Translations under genes and position numbers: made by a program
Part shown: in pieces, positions 40,136 through 51,490 of the stretch
Position numbering within the stretch: the stretch's first letter is position 1
Layout of the letters: every line of letters begins with the position of its first letter
Assembly (NCBI RefSeq): GCF_036321535.1
Contig: NC_087437.1
Coordinates: 58,530,001 to 58,594,000 of the forward strand
From: Camelus dromedarius
Lineage: Eukaryota
DNA: 64,000 nt
Reading direction: 5' to 3'
The notes under the pieces: generated by a model
What the model saw: only the letters and a program-made list of their open reading frames with translations
Told to the model about the DNA's origin: nothing
Database searches by the model: none

Positions 40136-40878
40136 GTCCCCTACTATTATTGCCATCCCTACTGCCTCCCACTATGGGATTAGGTGGTAGCATTCTTCCA
40201 ACTTCTCCTACTCATCCTGTTCGCCCTCCTCTCTTACCCCACAGTCTATGGATTATGAAGTCCTTTAAATTCTGATTTCTAACTATCTCTTAAATCCATT
40301 CTCCCCTCAGCATCCTTTATGACAATCTGTAGTTTCATCCTGAATCTCCTACCTGGACCATTTCAAACACTTCCTTGTCTTTCCTCCTCCAAGCAAACTT
40401 CCTTACCCTCAATATGGCATCCTTTGGAAAAGTAAATCCTACCATATCATTCCTTGTTTTAAATCTTCTAGCTAATTCCATATTGTGTCCATCAGGCTGG
40501 CATCACAATCATTCTGACCAAGTGTAGCTCCACCATCACAGGTTCTAAATCAGTAGGTCTGGAATGAGTGCCTAGGAATTAATTTTTTATATATTTATTC
40601 CCCAACTTGATTCTGGTATGTTTTTTTTTTCATGGACGAATGTTTGGGAATCATTGAAAAAGATAAAATGTACACTCATTGAACATCTTATAAACTCCTT
40701 CACAGTCTGGCCCTCACCTACCCTTCCAGGAAAATTAAATGCCATCTTTCCTCTTGGAATACTCTCTGACTGAGATGCTCCTTCTTCTGTGCTCCCACGG
40801 GTTTGGATGCATAACTCCCACAATGACACCCACTTCATCACATTTTCATTATGTTGGCATCCCTGGTTCCCCCAATTG

Positions 40879-41039
40879 TAGGACCAGCTTCATGAGCAGG
40901 TGACTTGTGCAGCCATATAAGGCCCTGCTCTTGGAAGGATGCTCTGCGAGAGCTATCCTGAAGTTCTTAATACTTGTTGAACCAAGGCCATCTCATTTTC
41001 AATTTGCACTGGGCTCCTCAAATTATGTACTTGGTCCTG
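40879..41039. mobile_element. Small hAT element (MER91-like)
   Basis: Inverted termini aggacca...tggtcct; family name from recall. Confidence 0.6.
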
Positions 41040-42109
41040 CCCACTCAACTGTGAATGCCTTGAAAACAGAAACTGTTTGCTATTCACTCAAAATCCTCTT
41101 TGGTGAGCACAGAGGATTCCTGGCATAGAGTAGGGGTTTGGTAAATATTTGTTGAGTTTATACATGAACGGATGAAAGGGTAGAATAAGGTATCTCTTAG
41201 AAAAATATTGTAGTTTAGCTAATTAACTCAGATGAATAAGCTTTGTTTATGCTTCAGGAAGAGAGCAGTCAACTGATAAACTCACAAGATGATTGACAAT
41301 CCCCCCAAAATAACACAAAAATATCCTAGGTTTCTCTTTAAATGACTCAAATGGTTTCTCCCTTTGAGTCCTGCTGCCTGCCTGTTCTTCCGAGAATGCA
41401 AAATTTCAGGTTAAGGGAGCTTGTAATTGTGCCATTAAATATGTCCTGAGTATGCCAAGGACTGTGCTAAATCCTGGGGATGGGGAGGAAAGGGAAGAAG
41501 GAGGCCATAGAAGGTGAACCAAGCAGAGTCCCTGTTCTCAAGAAGTAATTAAGACTTACTCTTCATAAGTTTCTATCAGAGATGAGTTGACTTCATGGGA
41601 GTTCTGCAGCAATGAATCAAGAATAAAGACACCAGACTTGGCCAGTAGCCCAGCTTCCTGAACAGTTCAACTGGCAAAATGTCTCAGTCCGAACACAATT
41701 CCTCCACTATGAGATCTGTGGGTTCACTAGTTAACATTGGCAACCAACTCGGAGGTGCTCGCGGAGCATAATAAATAAGTGGCTATAGCGGTGGGGGGAG
41801 GTGCTTTTGCTCCCTGCTGTGGGGGAAGAAAAGGCGGACATCAGCTATCAAAGTGAGCCAGATCATCGCAGAGGACAGATGCCCCCAGCTCGTGGTGAAG
41901 GCACGGCAGGACTGCCGATGTGGCAAGGAACCCACACCATCTGGCTGCCACATTATGTGCCCGTTGTACTAACTACTTGCTGTTCTCACAAACGACTTGG
42001 AATTTCAAAGAGTTCTTCTTGCTTTTCCACATGCACTGGGTTTTAGCTCCCCAGTCTACTAGTTGATATCACATCGGTGATGACATTAAGATATTCGAGT
42101 CAGAAAAGA

Positions 42110-43390
42110 TGCTTATGAACATATAGAGATGTGTTCAACTTCAAATCAAGGAAATGCAAAAATAACACAGCTATCATCATAAAGTATCATTTTCACATTC
42201 CAGTTGAGCCAAAGTTAAAAAGATTGATGACACTCAGCATTGGCAAGTACGGTGGAGAAATCAAATATTCACAGAAAAGATTGCTAGTCAGAGTATTAAC
42301 TGGTACAATCACAATCTTATGGATGGCAATTTAGCATTAAGTATCAATAAAAATTTAAAACACACATCCCCTTTATTTTTTATTATTATTTTTTAATGGA
42401 GGTACTGAGGATCAAACGCAGGACCTCATGTATGCTAAACATGCGCTCTACCACTGAGCTATACCCATCCCCTTTAATGTAGCAGAGCTATTTCAAGGAT
42501 TTTATCCTAAAGAAATGATCTGATAAATACGTAAAAATACATGTACAAAGGGGTCCATCACTGCCAAAAAAATTTAGAAATAACAGAAGCGTGCAACATG
42601 AAAGATTTGCTTAATCTAGCATAGTCCATCCAAACACCATTTAAACGTTATGTGTAGCTATAAATATCAAAAAGGAAAAAATATCCATAATATATTTTAA
42701 GTGTAATGAAAAGGCCAGCTTTAAAAAAGAGTGTAAATGGAATGACTCCATTTTTTACTTTAAAAAAAATACTTATTTGTGGGTATGTGTGTGAATTCTT
42801 TTAAGAATAGATTGTGATTGATTTTATTTGATTTTATTTTGTTTCGGAATGGTGTGTAGTGCAAATAAATGGGTGCTATTCAAATACAATACCCTTATTG
42901 TATTTGGAAATGTGGTGGGGAGGGCAAAGAGAATAATATGTTCTGTGGTGTGCTGATGTATTTTTAACAACTGGCCTTCAGGTGGGGCAGGTGGAAGTTC
43001 TGCGTAGCATCTACTGACTTTTATGGCGTAAATACTCCCAATATTGCTCATTTCAAGCTACTAATGTGACATCACTGAATGCAGAGTTAGGAAGAGATGT
43101 ACAATAGCATATCATTATGTAGTGTTTCCATGATACGGATACAAGAGATATAGGTAATCACCAGTGTATCAATAATATTAAAATGTAGTAAAGTATTACA
43201 AAGTGGTGAATTTTGTGTATGCAGTTTTTATAAATCTAGAAGGAGAGTCACCAATATAATAATATTGATCATGTCTAGGTAGAACGTTCATGAATCATAT
43301 TTACTTCATTCTTTAAACCTTTATATGTCATTTCAATATTTTTACAATAAACATATTCTACCTTTATAATCAGAAAAATATTCAAGGTGT
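42110..43390 (+). mobile_element. Old L1M fragment interrupted by a SINE and a MER63-like hAT element (~42943-43225)
   Basis: Degenerate ORF2-end/3'UTR motifs; the hAT piece starts tgtggtgtgctg...tttaacaactggc. Confidence 0.65.
42376..42465 (-). mobile_element. vic-1-type SINE, short form
   Basis: Reverse tRNA-Ala-like head; flanking repeat catccccttta at 42365-42375 and 42466-42476. Confidence 0.92.
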
Positions 43391-43815
43391 TTTTTTTTTT
43401 TTTCCCCTTTCTTATTTGCTAAAATCTAGGAAAGAAAAAAAAAGGCAGGGAACACAACTTTTAAAACAAGTCTCGCTGGAACACTACACTTCCCCAAAAG
43501 GAGGGTGATTTCATTAGAGTGTAACTAAAGATAGTGATACTAAGGTTTGCATCAATTAAATCATATCTTTGTTTGGTCATGGTATAAGCAAGTGAGCACT
43601 TGATGTTTCTGAGGCCTTGCAAAGTATAAATATGTAACAGCAGAATTCAAAGGAATTTGAGATTCCAACTCATTCCAACACAAATAAGGAAACTGAGTCC
43701 CAAGATTGGTAGGTGTTTTCCAAAGTAAGCACTATGAGGCAGGTTATGAAGTAACTCAGCTCCTCTCTGCTTATAAATGGCCTCTATAGCTTGTGAACAA
43801 ACATATGTATTCCCT

Positions 43816-43925
43816 GGGGGTGGGGGTACGGCTCAGTGGTAGACCGGGTGCTTAGCATGCATGAGGTCCTGGGTTCAATTTCCAGTACCTCCATTAAAAA
43901 CAAAAAGTTAATTACATAGGCAAAT
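43816..43925 (+). mobile_element. vic-1-type SINE
   Basis: A and B boxes, A-rich tail. Confidence 0.9.
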
Positions 43926-45052
43926 AAAAGTATCATTTTTTTAAAGTATAGATTCCTCACTTGTTATTATTTAATGAGAAGAGGTAACCTTATTGGGGGG
44001 GGTAATCTGTATTTAACTCATTAATTGCTGAAGCCCTGATTCCTCCTATCATTGTATAGATAATATCAGCTTACACTTCTCCAGAATTTTGCACTTCTTA
44101 AAACACTTCCACATAGACTGGCTTAGTTGATCCTCATAAGAGCCCTGTGAGACAGGTAAGGTAAAGACTACTCCCATTTTACAGATACAAAAACTGAGGC
44201 TACAGCAAGAGAGTGGCTAGCCCAGAGCTGGTGAGAGCCATGCCTCTGGTCCCGTTACGGTGCTGTCTGGGAGTCAGTTTCCTCTGTGGGTCCTTTCTGA
44301 GGTATTCATCTGGATGAGCCTTCTCTGAAGGTCACTGTCTCCCCTTTCCTGCCTTGTTCTTTTAACAAGTCCTTTCTTTCATTGGCTCCTGTCTCATTTT
44401 TCACTTGAGGATATTACTTTCAGGTCACCTAGCATTGCTCTTCAGTTCCTGTTTTATTAATTCTAGAAGGGAAGACAGTCACAGGCATCATTAGGTCTGG
44501 AAATAATCCATTCTTCTTTATTTGACATGAGGACTAGACCCTGTTTTCTCTTGAAATTTGCAGTCATGTCTATCATCAAAGCAATGACCAGTGTATATTA
44601 GAAAATGAGAAACTGTATATACTTTGATGTGACACATTTCTAGATAATCTTAATTTTCTAAATGGGATTAATATTGAGGTCAAAGGAAACATACTAACTC
44701 AGGAACTAACAAATCATATATAAAAATGAATCCTGGGGAAAGTAAGATCAGATGCTACTAAGCTTTGTTTTATTCAGGCAGGAGGTGTGTTCTCCTTTGA
44801 AGAGTGCAATGTCTTCTGGGAGAACCTAAAAAGGTATGAATGGGCTATGTTCGGGTCTACCAACCTAAACTAACCTATGTGGGGTGTCAGCTCCTGGTTA
44901 TTGGCTGATGTAACCTTAGACAAGCAAATTCTCAGGGCATCAGTTTCCTCCTCTTTAAAGTGGGAATCCTGGCACTTACCCCACAAAGTGTAGCAAAAAC
45001 TAAATTAGCTAGTGGCCAAGAAACTATTTCATAAACTAAAAATCACCATAAA

Positions 45053-45205
45053 CTATACTCAACAGTTTGTAATGGCCTGTAATGAAAAAGAGTATGACAA
45101 GGATTATATATGTAATTGAATCACTATGCTGTACACGAGAAATTAACACAACATTGTAAAGCAACTATACTCCAAGAAAATAAATAAATAAACATTAAAA
45201 AAAAT
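45053..45205 (+). mobile_element. Short L1 3' end
   Basis: tgaatcactatgctgtacac.agaaattaacacaacattgtaaa followed by an A-rich tail. Confidence 0.85.
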
Positions 45206-45973
45206 AAGTGGCATACATTGAAGATATGTTGATAATTTTTGAAGTTTACTGCTCTGGGTGAAGGGAATGGAGAAATAAGTTTAAAAGGGACAGTGTCAGT
45301 CACAACAGCAGGCAGGTGGCCAGGTTCTCCAGGCAGAGCAGGAGGCAGAGCTCAAGAGTGCATATTAATTGCTGCACCTCCTCTGAGGCCACCAGCCAAA
45401 TGACTCCTCTCCAGAAAACACAGCGTCCCTCCCCGTGTCAAAGGCCCTCTCCTAGCTGGGATTTCAGCTGCATGCAAAGCTAAGCTGACTCCCTGGTGGC
45501 TTGATTGGGTGGTGCTATTATGAAGACGAACTAGTAACAAAATTGCTTCACTCCAGTATATAGGCTAAAGAAGGGACAGTGGTTTCCCTGGTGCTAGGAA
45601 CTAGCAAGTAGATGATTCTTCATGACAAATTGTGGCAGAGCAGAAATAAGTAGACAGGAAACGGATGTATTTCCATCTGAGGATTTGATAGAGAATTTAA
45701 AAAACCGTTAGAAGGAAGGAGACCTTGCCTTCTGGTGAAGAATATTCAAGATGAATATCAAATTTTCAACTTAACACAGAGAATTCTCTTAATATAGAGA
45801 AAACACTCTGGAGATCCAAATAAGGATGATCGCCAACATGGCTCAGAAGGTCATTTCTGGTGACACCTGTGTAGAGGCTAAAGTCATTTGGTGGTCAAAT
45901 TGGAAAGAAGTAAGGAGATAGTTAAGAAAGCATGTAAGCTTGGATGCCTTTTATTTCCCTATAATTTTTTCAG

Positions 45974-46033
45974 CTTTGATAGCGGAGGGATCTACTCTTG
46001 AAGGTCCAAAAAATGTTGTTGCTATAGGAACAG
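45974..46033 (+). ncRNA. Candidate 60-nt antisense exon (possible ATP13A4-AS1 equivalent)
   Basis: Pyrimidine-rich acceptor ttttatttccctataattttttcag| and strong donor CAG|gtaagc; no transcript evidence. Confidence 0.3.
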
Positions 46034-46059
46034 GTAAGCAGATTAGACCTGAAAGACCA

Positions 46060-46148
46060 GTTTAGGAACCAAGAATTTAATAGTCAGGGCTAAAGCAATT
46101 AACCAAGAAAACACTTTAAGTAAATATCTTTTGGGTTGGTTATTTATA
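46060..46148 (+). repeat. Source copy of an 89-bp dispersed direct repeat
   Basis: 84/89 identical and ungapped to 51212-51300. Confidence 0.95.
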
Positions 46149-46894
46149 TATTAATTCCAGGAAGATAAAAATGCTGTTGGAGAATGAGAACATCGCATTT
46201 TAACATTTTAATTACACCATTACTGGCATAAAAGACTATGCTTACACAATTAGCAGAACGGCCTTATTAAGAGAAAGTACACATTTCTAACTCTCTCTTG
46301 ATTATATTGTAATTGAGAAATACAGCTTTAATTTCAGCAAGAGCATAGGAATCATCTTTGATTTTCCTGTAGTTTCCCAAATGGGAACACATCTAAAATA
46401 AAAGAATGAACTCCAGAAAGTTGTCTGTAAGCAATCTACACAGGGAATTACAAGTAACATTCTAGAAGTAAACAGAAAATGAGTGTAAGCTGATAATTGT
46501 TAATATTTCATATGTTTCCCCTGCCCAACAGTCTTTGTGAACACAGATATGTGAGCAGAGAAGGTCAGGACCCTGGCTGCCCTCCTGCTTCGCTGTAGCT
46601 GTTCCTCTTCCTCTAATCAGGGAATACACTGCTCCCAGCATCAGGGATTTGCTGAAATTATTAGAAGTTTTGAACAGAACTTGCTATACTGGTGAGGCTC
46701 AAAAACAAATCATAAAGTGGCATTGTACTCTTCTCCCTTTCGATTTTACTTAAAAAGAAAACATTCTTGATAAAATGAATACAGTATTCTCATCCTAGCA
46801 AACTTCTGCTGTCAGAGATTATATTTATGGGAAAGAGATGTCTTGAACATTACCTTTGCTCACGGCATACCAGAATCAAATCGCAAAGAAGCAT

Positions 46895-46908
46895 GTGAGT
46901 GTGTGTCT

Positions 46909-46954
<46 letters not shown>
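46895..46954. repeat. (GT)n(GA)n microsatellite near the start of intron 1
   Basis: Read directly from the sequence. Confidence 0.95.
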
Positions 46955-47012
46955 CAGTGTTGGAGGTGGGGAGTGGGGATGGGGAATAGGGGGGATGTGG
47001 CTGGAATCTTAC

Positions 47013-47075
47013 CATCTCATTCTCTTCTCCTTCATTGAGCAAAGCTTGCTGGCCCTTCTCAAACTGGTCCCCCAT
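47013..47075 (-). CDS. ATP13A4: ATP13A4 coding exon 1 (21 codons)
   Basis: MGDQFEKGQQALLNEGEENEM matches the ATP13A4 start (recalled human MGHFEKGQHALLNEGEENEM); donor ATG|gtaaga. Confidence 0.96.
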
Positions 47076-47350
47076 GGAAAAGTAATTCCACTCCTCCCTG
47101 ACCTTCCCAAGCAGAAGATGCGTCCAGGACGAACTTGAACTTGCCGAGCCACCACCCTTCGCCAGCTGACTGAAAGAGTTCAAGATTCTCCAGGTTAAAC
47201 TCCTTCTGGAGTGCACACCTTCCCTCAGCAAATGACAGTACTTAAATACTTAGCAAGCCGAACTCCTCCCACGAGCCACCCTCTGCTCAGAGTAATTACT
47301 GCCGGCTCCTGACTTGCTGAATTCTCCCTGAGCAGCTGTCCCAAAGGAGG
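47076..47350 (-). promoter_or_regulatory. Putative ATP13A4 5'UTR and core promoter
   Basis: TATA-like TATTTAA on the minus strand at 47248-47242 predicts a TSS near 47215-47220. No ATG lies between that point and the start codon. Confidence 0.5.
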
Positions 47351-48289
47351 CTGCTCCCATGCTGATCTTTTTGTGCCCAACTTACAGGGAAAGAACTCAT
47401 TGCCTGCACAGTGCCTGCCAGCATAAGACATCTGACTGCAAATCCAGCAAGACAATGCAGAGTTGGCAGGACCTTTCCGAGAAGTGGGGAGCAGGCGCAA
47501 GGACTCCCAGTCACCACTTTATTCCCAGGGGCTACAGAATTGGGGTGGGAGGGAAGCTAACAGAGCTGCAGACTTTACTTGATTAATGAAAACCCTAATC
47601 CATCGGCGTGTAATAGGATCCTCATTCATTTTGCTTACAAAAGGTACAAATTATGGCTAATCCTCTTCAAAAGGTATTTGAAATCACATTTTTGTGTGTA
47701 TGCAAAAAACATTCCACTTAATGTGAATGTGGTATTGAGTTTACTTTGTTAAGAAACTTACAGAAAAAGAACAAAGGTATAATCAAACTTCTGTGTAGTC
47801 TCCTCTCACTAAAATGTTAGTGGCTAAACTCTCAAGGAAGTCTAGAAATAAAATAGTCAAGTGACTACACGGAAAGACTCATTCTGAAATTTTTTCACAT
47901 GTATATTCAATACACATTATTTGAGTGCAGGGACTACATATGTAAATCAATTCATATTTGCTACCCTCAGACTGCTGTAGGGATTTAAATATGCAAACAA
48001 ATACGATAAAAAGCGATTAGTTACTATGAGAACTGGAACAGAAGTCTAAGATAACTCTTAAAAGTCCCAGTGTGATGGAGGGGAACACGCATCCATGTGG
48101 GCTCTAAAGGGAAAAAAAACCCCCAAAATCCAGCCGTTCATCTGTGCCAGCCTCACTGGGTGGTCATTTTAGCTGCAAGAGCTGGTTGTTCTCATTTGGT
48201 AATCGGAGGAACTGAAGGAAGACTTGGGAAAGCGTGTTATGCAGCACCAACCAAGGGCTGTTGGAGTAATCAAACTAAAGGTTCAGTTT

Positions 48290-48482
48290 AACAGCAGGCA
48301 GTAGAGTGCAGTGATTAAGGACATGTGCTCTGGATTTGGAGGTCCTGGGTTCAAATTTGTCTTTCCTAATTATGTTACCTTGGGATAACAAGTTTCATAA
48401 GCTCCAGAAGGTTCCATCTGCTCACGTGTAAAATAAAGATGATGATAATAGAACTTACCTCCTAGAACTGTTGTTATGAGGG
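48290..48482 (+). mobile_element. MIR
   Basis: aggcagtagagtgcagtgattaag...cctgggttcaaat...accttggg. Confidence 0.75.
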
Positions 48483-48703
48483 GTAAGTCCCCGGGAAACA
48501 GGGTCTGTTCTGTAAAGGAGAGTTATTTTCACCTTCACTGTGTCCACTCACTCTCTTTAAACTTTGCATACCTGTTGGTGCTGGTATCACTAACCTCACA
48601 TGAAAAACTCTAACAAGACCAAGACTGAAGTGTGTGTATGTATAAAAGATTGAGCAAACAGTAAAGTATAAATGAGATAAACATAAAAAAGTAAGCTATT
48701 ATG

Positions 48704-48846
48704 GGAGAGGGTATAGCTCAGTGTTAGAGCACATGCTTAGCATGCACAAAGTTCTGGGTTCAATCCCCAGTACCTATGTTAAAAAAAATTTAAAATAAAC
48801 CTAATTACTTCCCCCCACAAAACAACAAAACAAAACAAAACAAAAG
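48704..48846 (+). mobile_element. vic-1-type SINE
   Basis: TSD gtaagctattatg at 48691-48703 and 48847-48859. Confidence 0.95.
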
Positions 48847-51211
48847 GTAAGCTATTATGATATTAATTTACACATATACACATCCATACATACATGTAGT
48901 TCTCTGAATTTCTAAAAATTATGAGCACAATTTAACCAAATAAAACATTTTATCACAATATCAAAATATGAGGAATATGGGATTTCTTTTTAGGGAAATG
49001 AAAATGTCCTGGAATTAGATAGTGGTTAGGGGAGAACAACTTGGTGAATATACTAAAACTTGCTGAATTGTTTACCTTTTAAAGGGTAGATCTTATGAAT
49101 GTGAATTATATCTCAATAAAAACTCATATCAAAAAATAAGTGAACATTTTAAGAGTTCTAGCAGGCAATCATTTAAATATTTAAGAGGGAAAATAATAAA
49201 ATAAGATTTTAAATGTTATCTGGAATGATGAGGGTTGAGCAATATTCATATGTGAAGTGGTAAAACTATGCCAGTGCTAGTGGGCAGGTGACAAGGAAAT
49301 GTTTCATTCTATTGTCTACAGCTGGCAATCCTTGCACTGTTTCCTTCTGGCTGGGTTCCTGAACACACTTGACAATCCATGCACCACTGTGGGGGTTAAG
49401 ATGAGTGCATAACTGACTAAGAGTTTTACAGGAAAACTGCGCACGAACGTACCTCATAAAACAGATCTGGTTATGCCCTAACAATTTTAAAGCCAAATTG
49501 GAATAGCAAAATAAGTCCCTAAGAACCTAAAAGACTTTTGTGAAAACCAGGAGGCCCTAGAAAACCATTTCGACAACATAGCCCAGGAAAACTGAGGACT
49601 TTGAAGGAACGAGTTTCCTCACATCCCTCAAGACGTTCTCATGGTACAGTATGCGAGCGCCTCTGCAGCCACGTGACTTGTGCGCCGCGCTCTCCCTGGT
49701 TTAGTTAGCACCGTTGTTCCGCCAGCATGAGTATCTCCAGAAACAGTACTAGATTCCATGGAAAAGGAAACGGGATGTTTACGAAACACTTCCATCCGTC
49801 AGGCGCTATTCTAAGCATTTTATACTCACCACTCACAATACTCACCAGGGTCTCTATAGTCAGTACTGTTATGGTCACGCCCACTGAGCAGACACAGGCA
49901 CAGAAGTACTTAGTGAAGAGTGGGCATTTGGACAAGGCAATGCCGCTCTCCCAATCTGTAGTCCTAGTTGTTAGGCGAACGGCTTCTGCAGGTTTATTTG
50001 GCATATCCAGAGTGCTCTGCGAGGGATGTTGCATGTATATGACCAGGAGAGCCTCTTTGTGGAGGAAACATTTGGGAAGGGCCTTGAAAGCAGACAGCAA
50101 AGTCTTCATAGGTGGAGTTGCTGGGCCCTAGACCGAGAGTGGAGCCATAGGAAAGAGCATTTGAGGCAAGAGAGCCGCCAAAAGAAGAAACGCGCAGACT
50201 TGTCCAAAGTCCTTCCTCTTTGCTGCAGCCGGGGTGTGTGTGAAGGAATAAAAAGGGAGCGAGAGATGGCAGACAAGAGAGATCAAGGCCATTATATGGA
50301 AGTCTTGAATTTGAAGCTTGAGTCTGGGCTCAGTACAAGTAATGATGTCAGTGAAGGCAAACTGATATCATAAGTATAAATATTTTTCTTGATCAGCCCA
50401 TGCTTAAATATTGTAGAAATCATTGCCTAAGCAGGTTCTAAAGTAATTCAGTCTTTGTAGACAGTATTATATGTAAATGGACAATTTCTTGAACCCTCTA
50501 AGTTAAACCTCGTATTTCCTTTTAGAACATTGTTTGAAAGTTATTATTTATTAAATAAATTTTAATATAAAATAAATTTTAATAGACTTTATTTTTTGGA
50601 GCAGTTTTGGTTCACACCAAAATTGAGCAAAAGGTACAGAGATTTTCCTCTGCAAATACACATCCTTCCCCACGTTAGCATCCCCCATCCGAATGATACA
50701 TTTGTTATAATCACTGACACATCATTTTTGCTCAAAGTCCATGGTTTACATTAGAGTTCACTTTTGGTGTTACATATCCTATGGGTTTTAACAAATGTAT
50801 AATGACATGTATCCTCCATTATAGTATCGTGGATATTAGTTTCACTGCCCTAAGAATTCTCTCTGCTTCCTCTGTCCATCCTTAACTCTCCCATGAGCCC
50901 TGACAACCACTGATTCTTTTACTATCTCCATAGTTCTGCCTTTTAGAATGTTAAGTAGTTGGAATCACACAATGTGTTGCCTTTTCAGATTGACTTCTTT
51001 CACTTGGTAAGTTGCATTTGAGTTTCCTCCATGTCTTTTTCTGGCTTGATAGCTCAGTGCTTTTTAGAGCTCAATGATATTCCATTGCCTGAACGTACCA
51101 CAGTTTATTTACCCATTCACCTACTGAAGGACATATTGATTGCTTCCAAGTTTTGGCCATTATGAAAAAGATGGCTGTAAACATGCATGTCCTGATTTTG
51201 TGCAGACATAT

Positions 51212-51300
51212 GTTTAGGAACCAAGAATTTAATAGTCAAGGCTCAAGCAATTAACCAAGAAAACATTTTAAGTAAATATCTTTTGGTTTTGTTATTTATA
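51212..51300 (+). repeat. Derived copy of the 89-bp repeat, interrupting L1
   Basis: L1 reads catatgttt [insert] atcaactcatttg. Confidence 0.95.
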
Positions 51301-51355
51301 ATCAACTCATTTGATTATGTCATTAGGGAACTTCAAGTTAAAACAACAATGAGAT

Positions 51356-51490
51356 GGAAGGTAAATAGCTCAGTGGTAGAGTGCATGCTTAGCAGGCATG
51401 AGGTCCTGGGTTCAATCCCCAGCATCACCATTAAAAATAAATAAATAAATAAAAACCTAATTACTTCCCCCAATCGAAAGAAAGAAAAAG
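51356..51490 (+). mobile_element. vic-1-type SINE nested in L1
   Basis: Perfect 16-bp TSD aaaacaacaatgagat at 51340-51355 and 51491-51506. Confidence 0.95.

Larger units (their letters stand above)
11469..47012 (-). other. ATP13A4: ATP13A4 intron 1 (35,544 bp, GT-AG)
   Basis: Exons 1 and 2 join in frame (...ENEM|EIFGY...) as in known ATP13A4 proteins. Confidence 0.9.

Noticed and set aside
49705..50373. Cluster of 115-134 aa ORFs on both strands
   Set aside because: No recognisable homology or codon pattern; consistent with chance.
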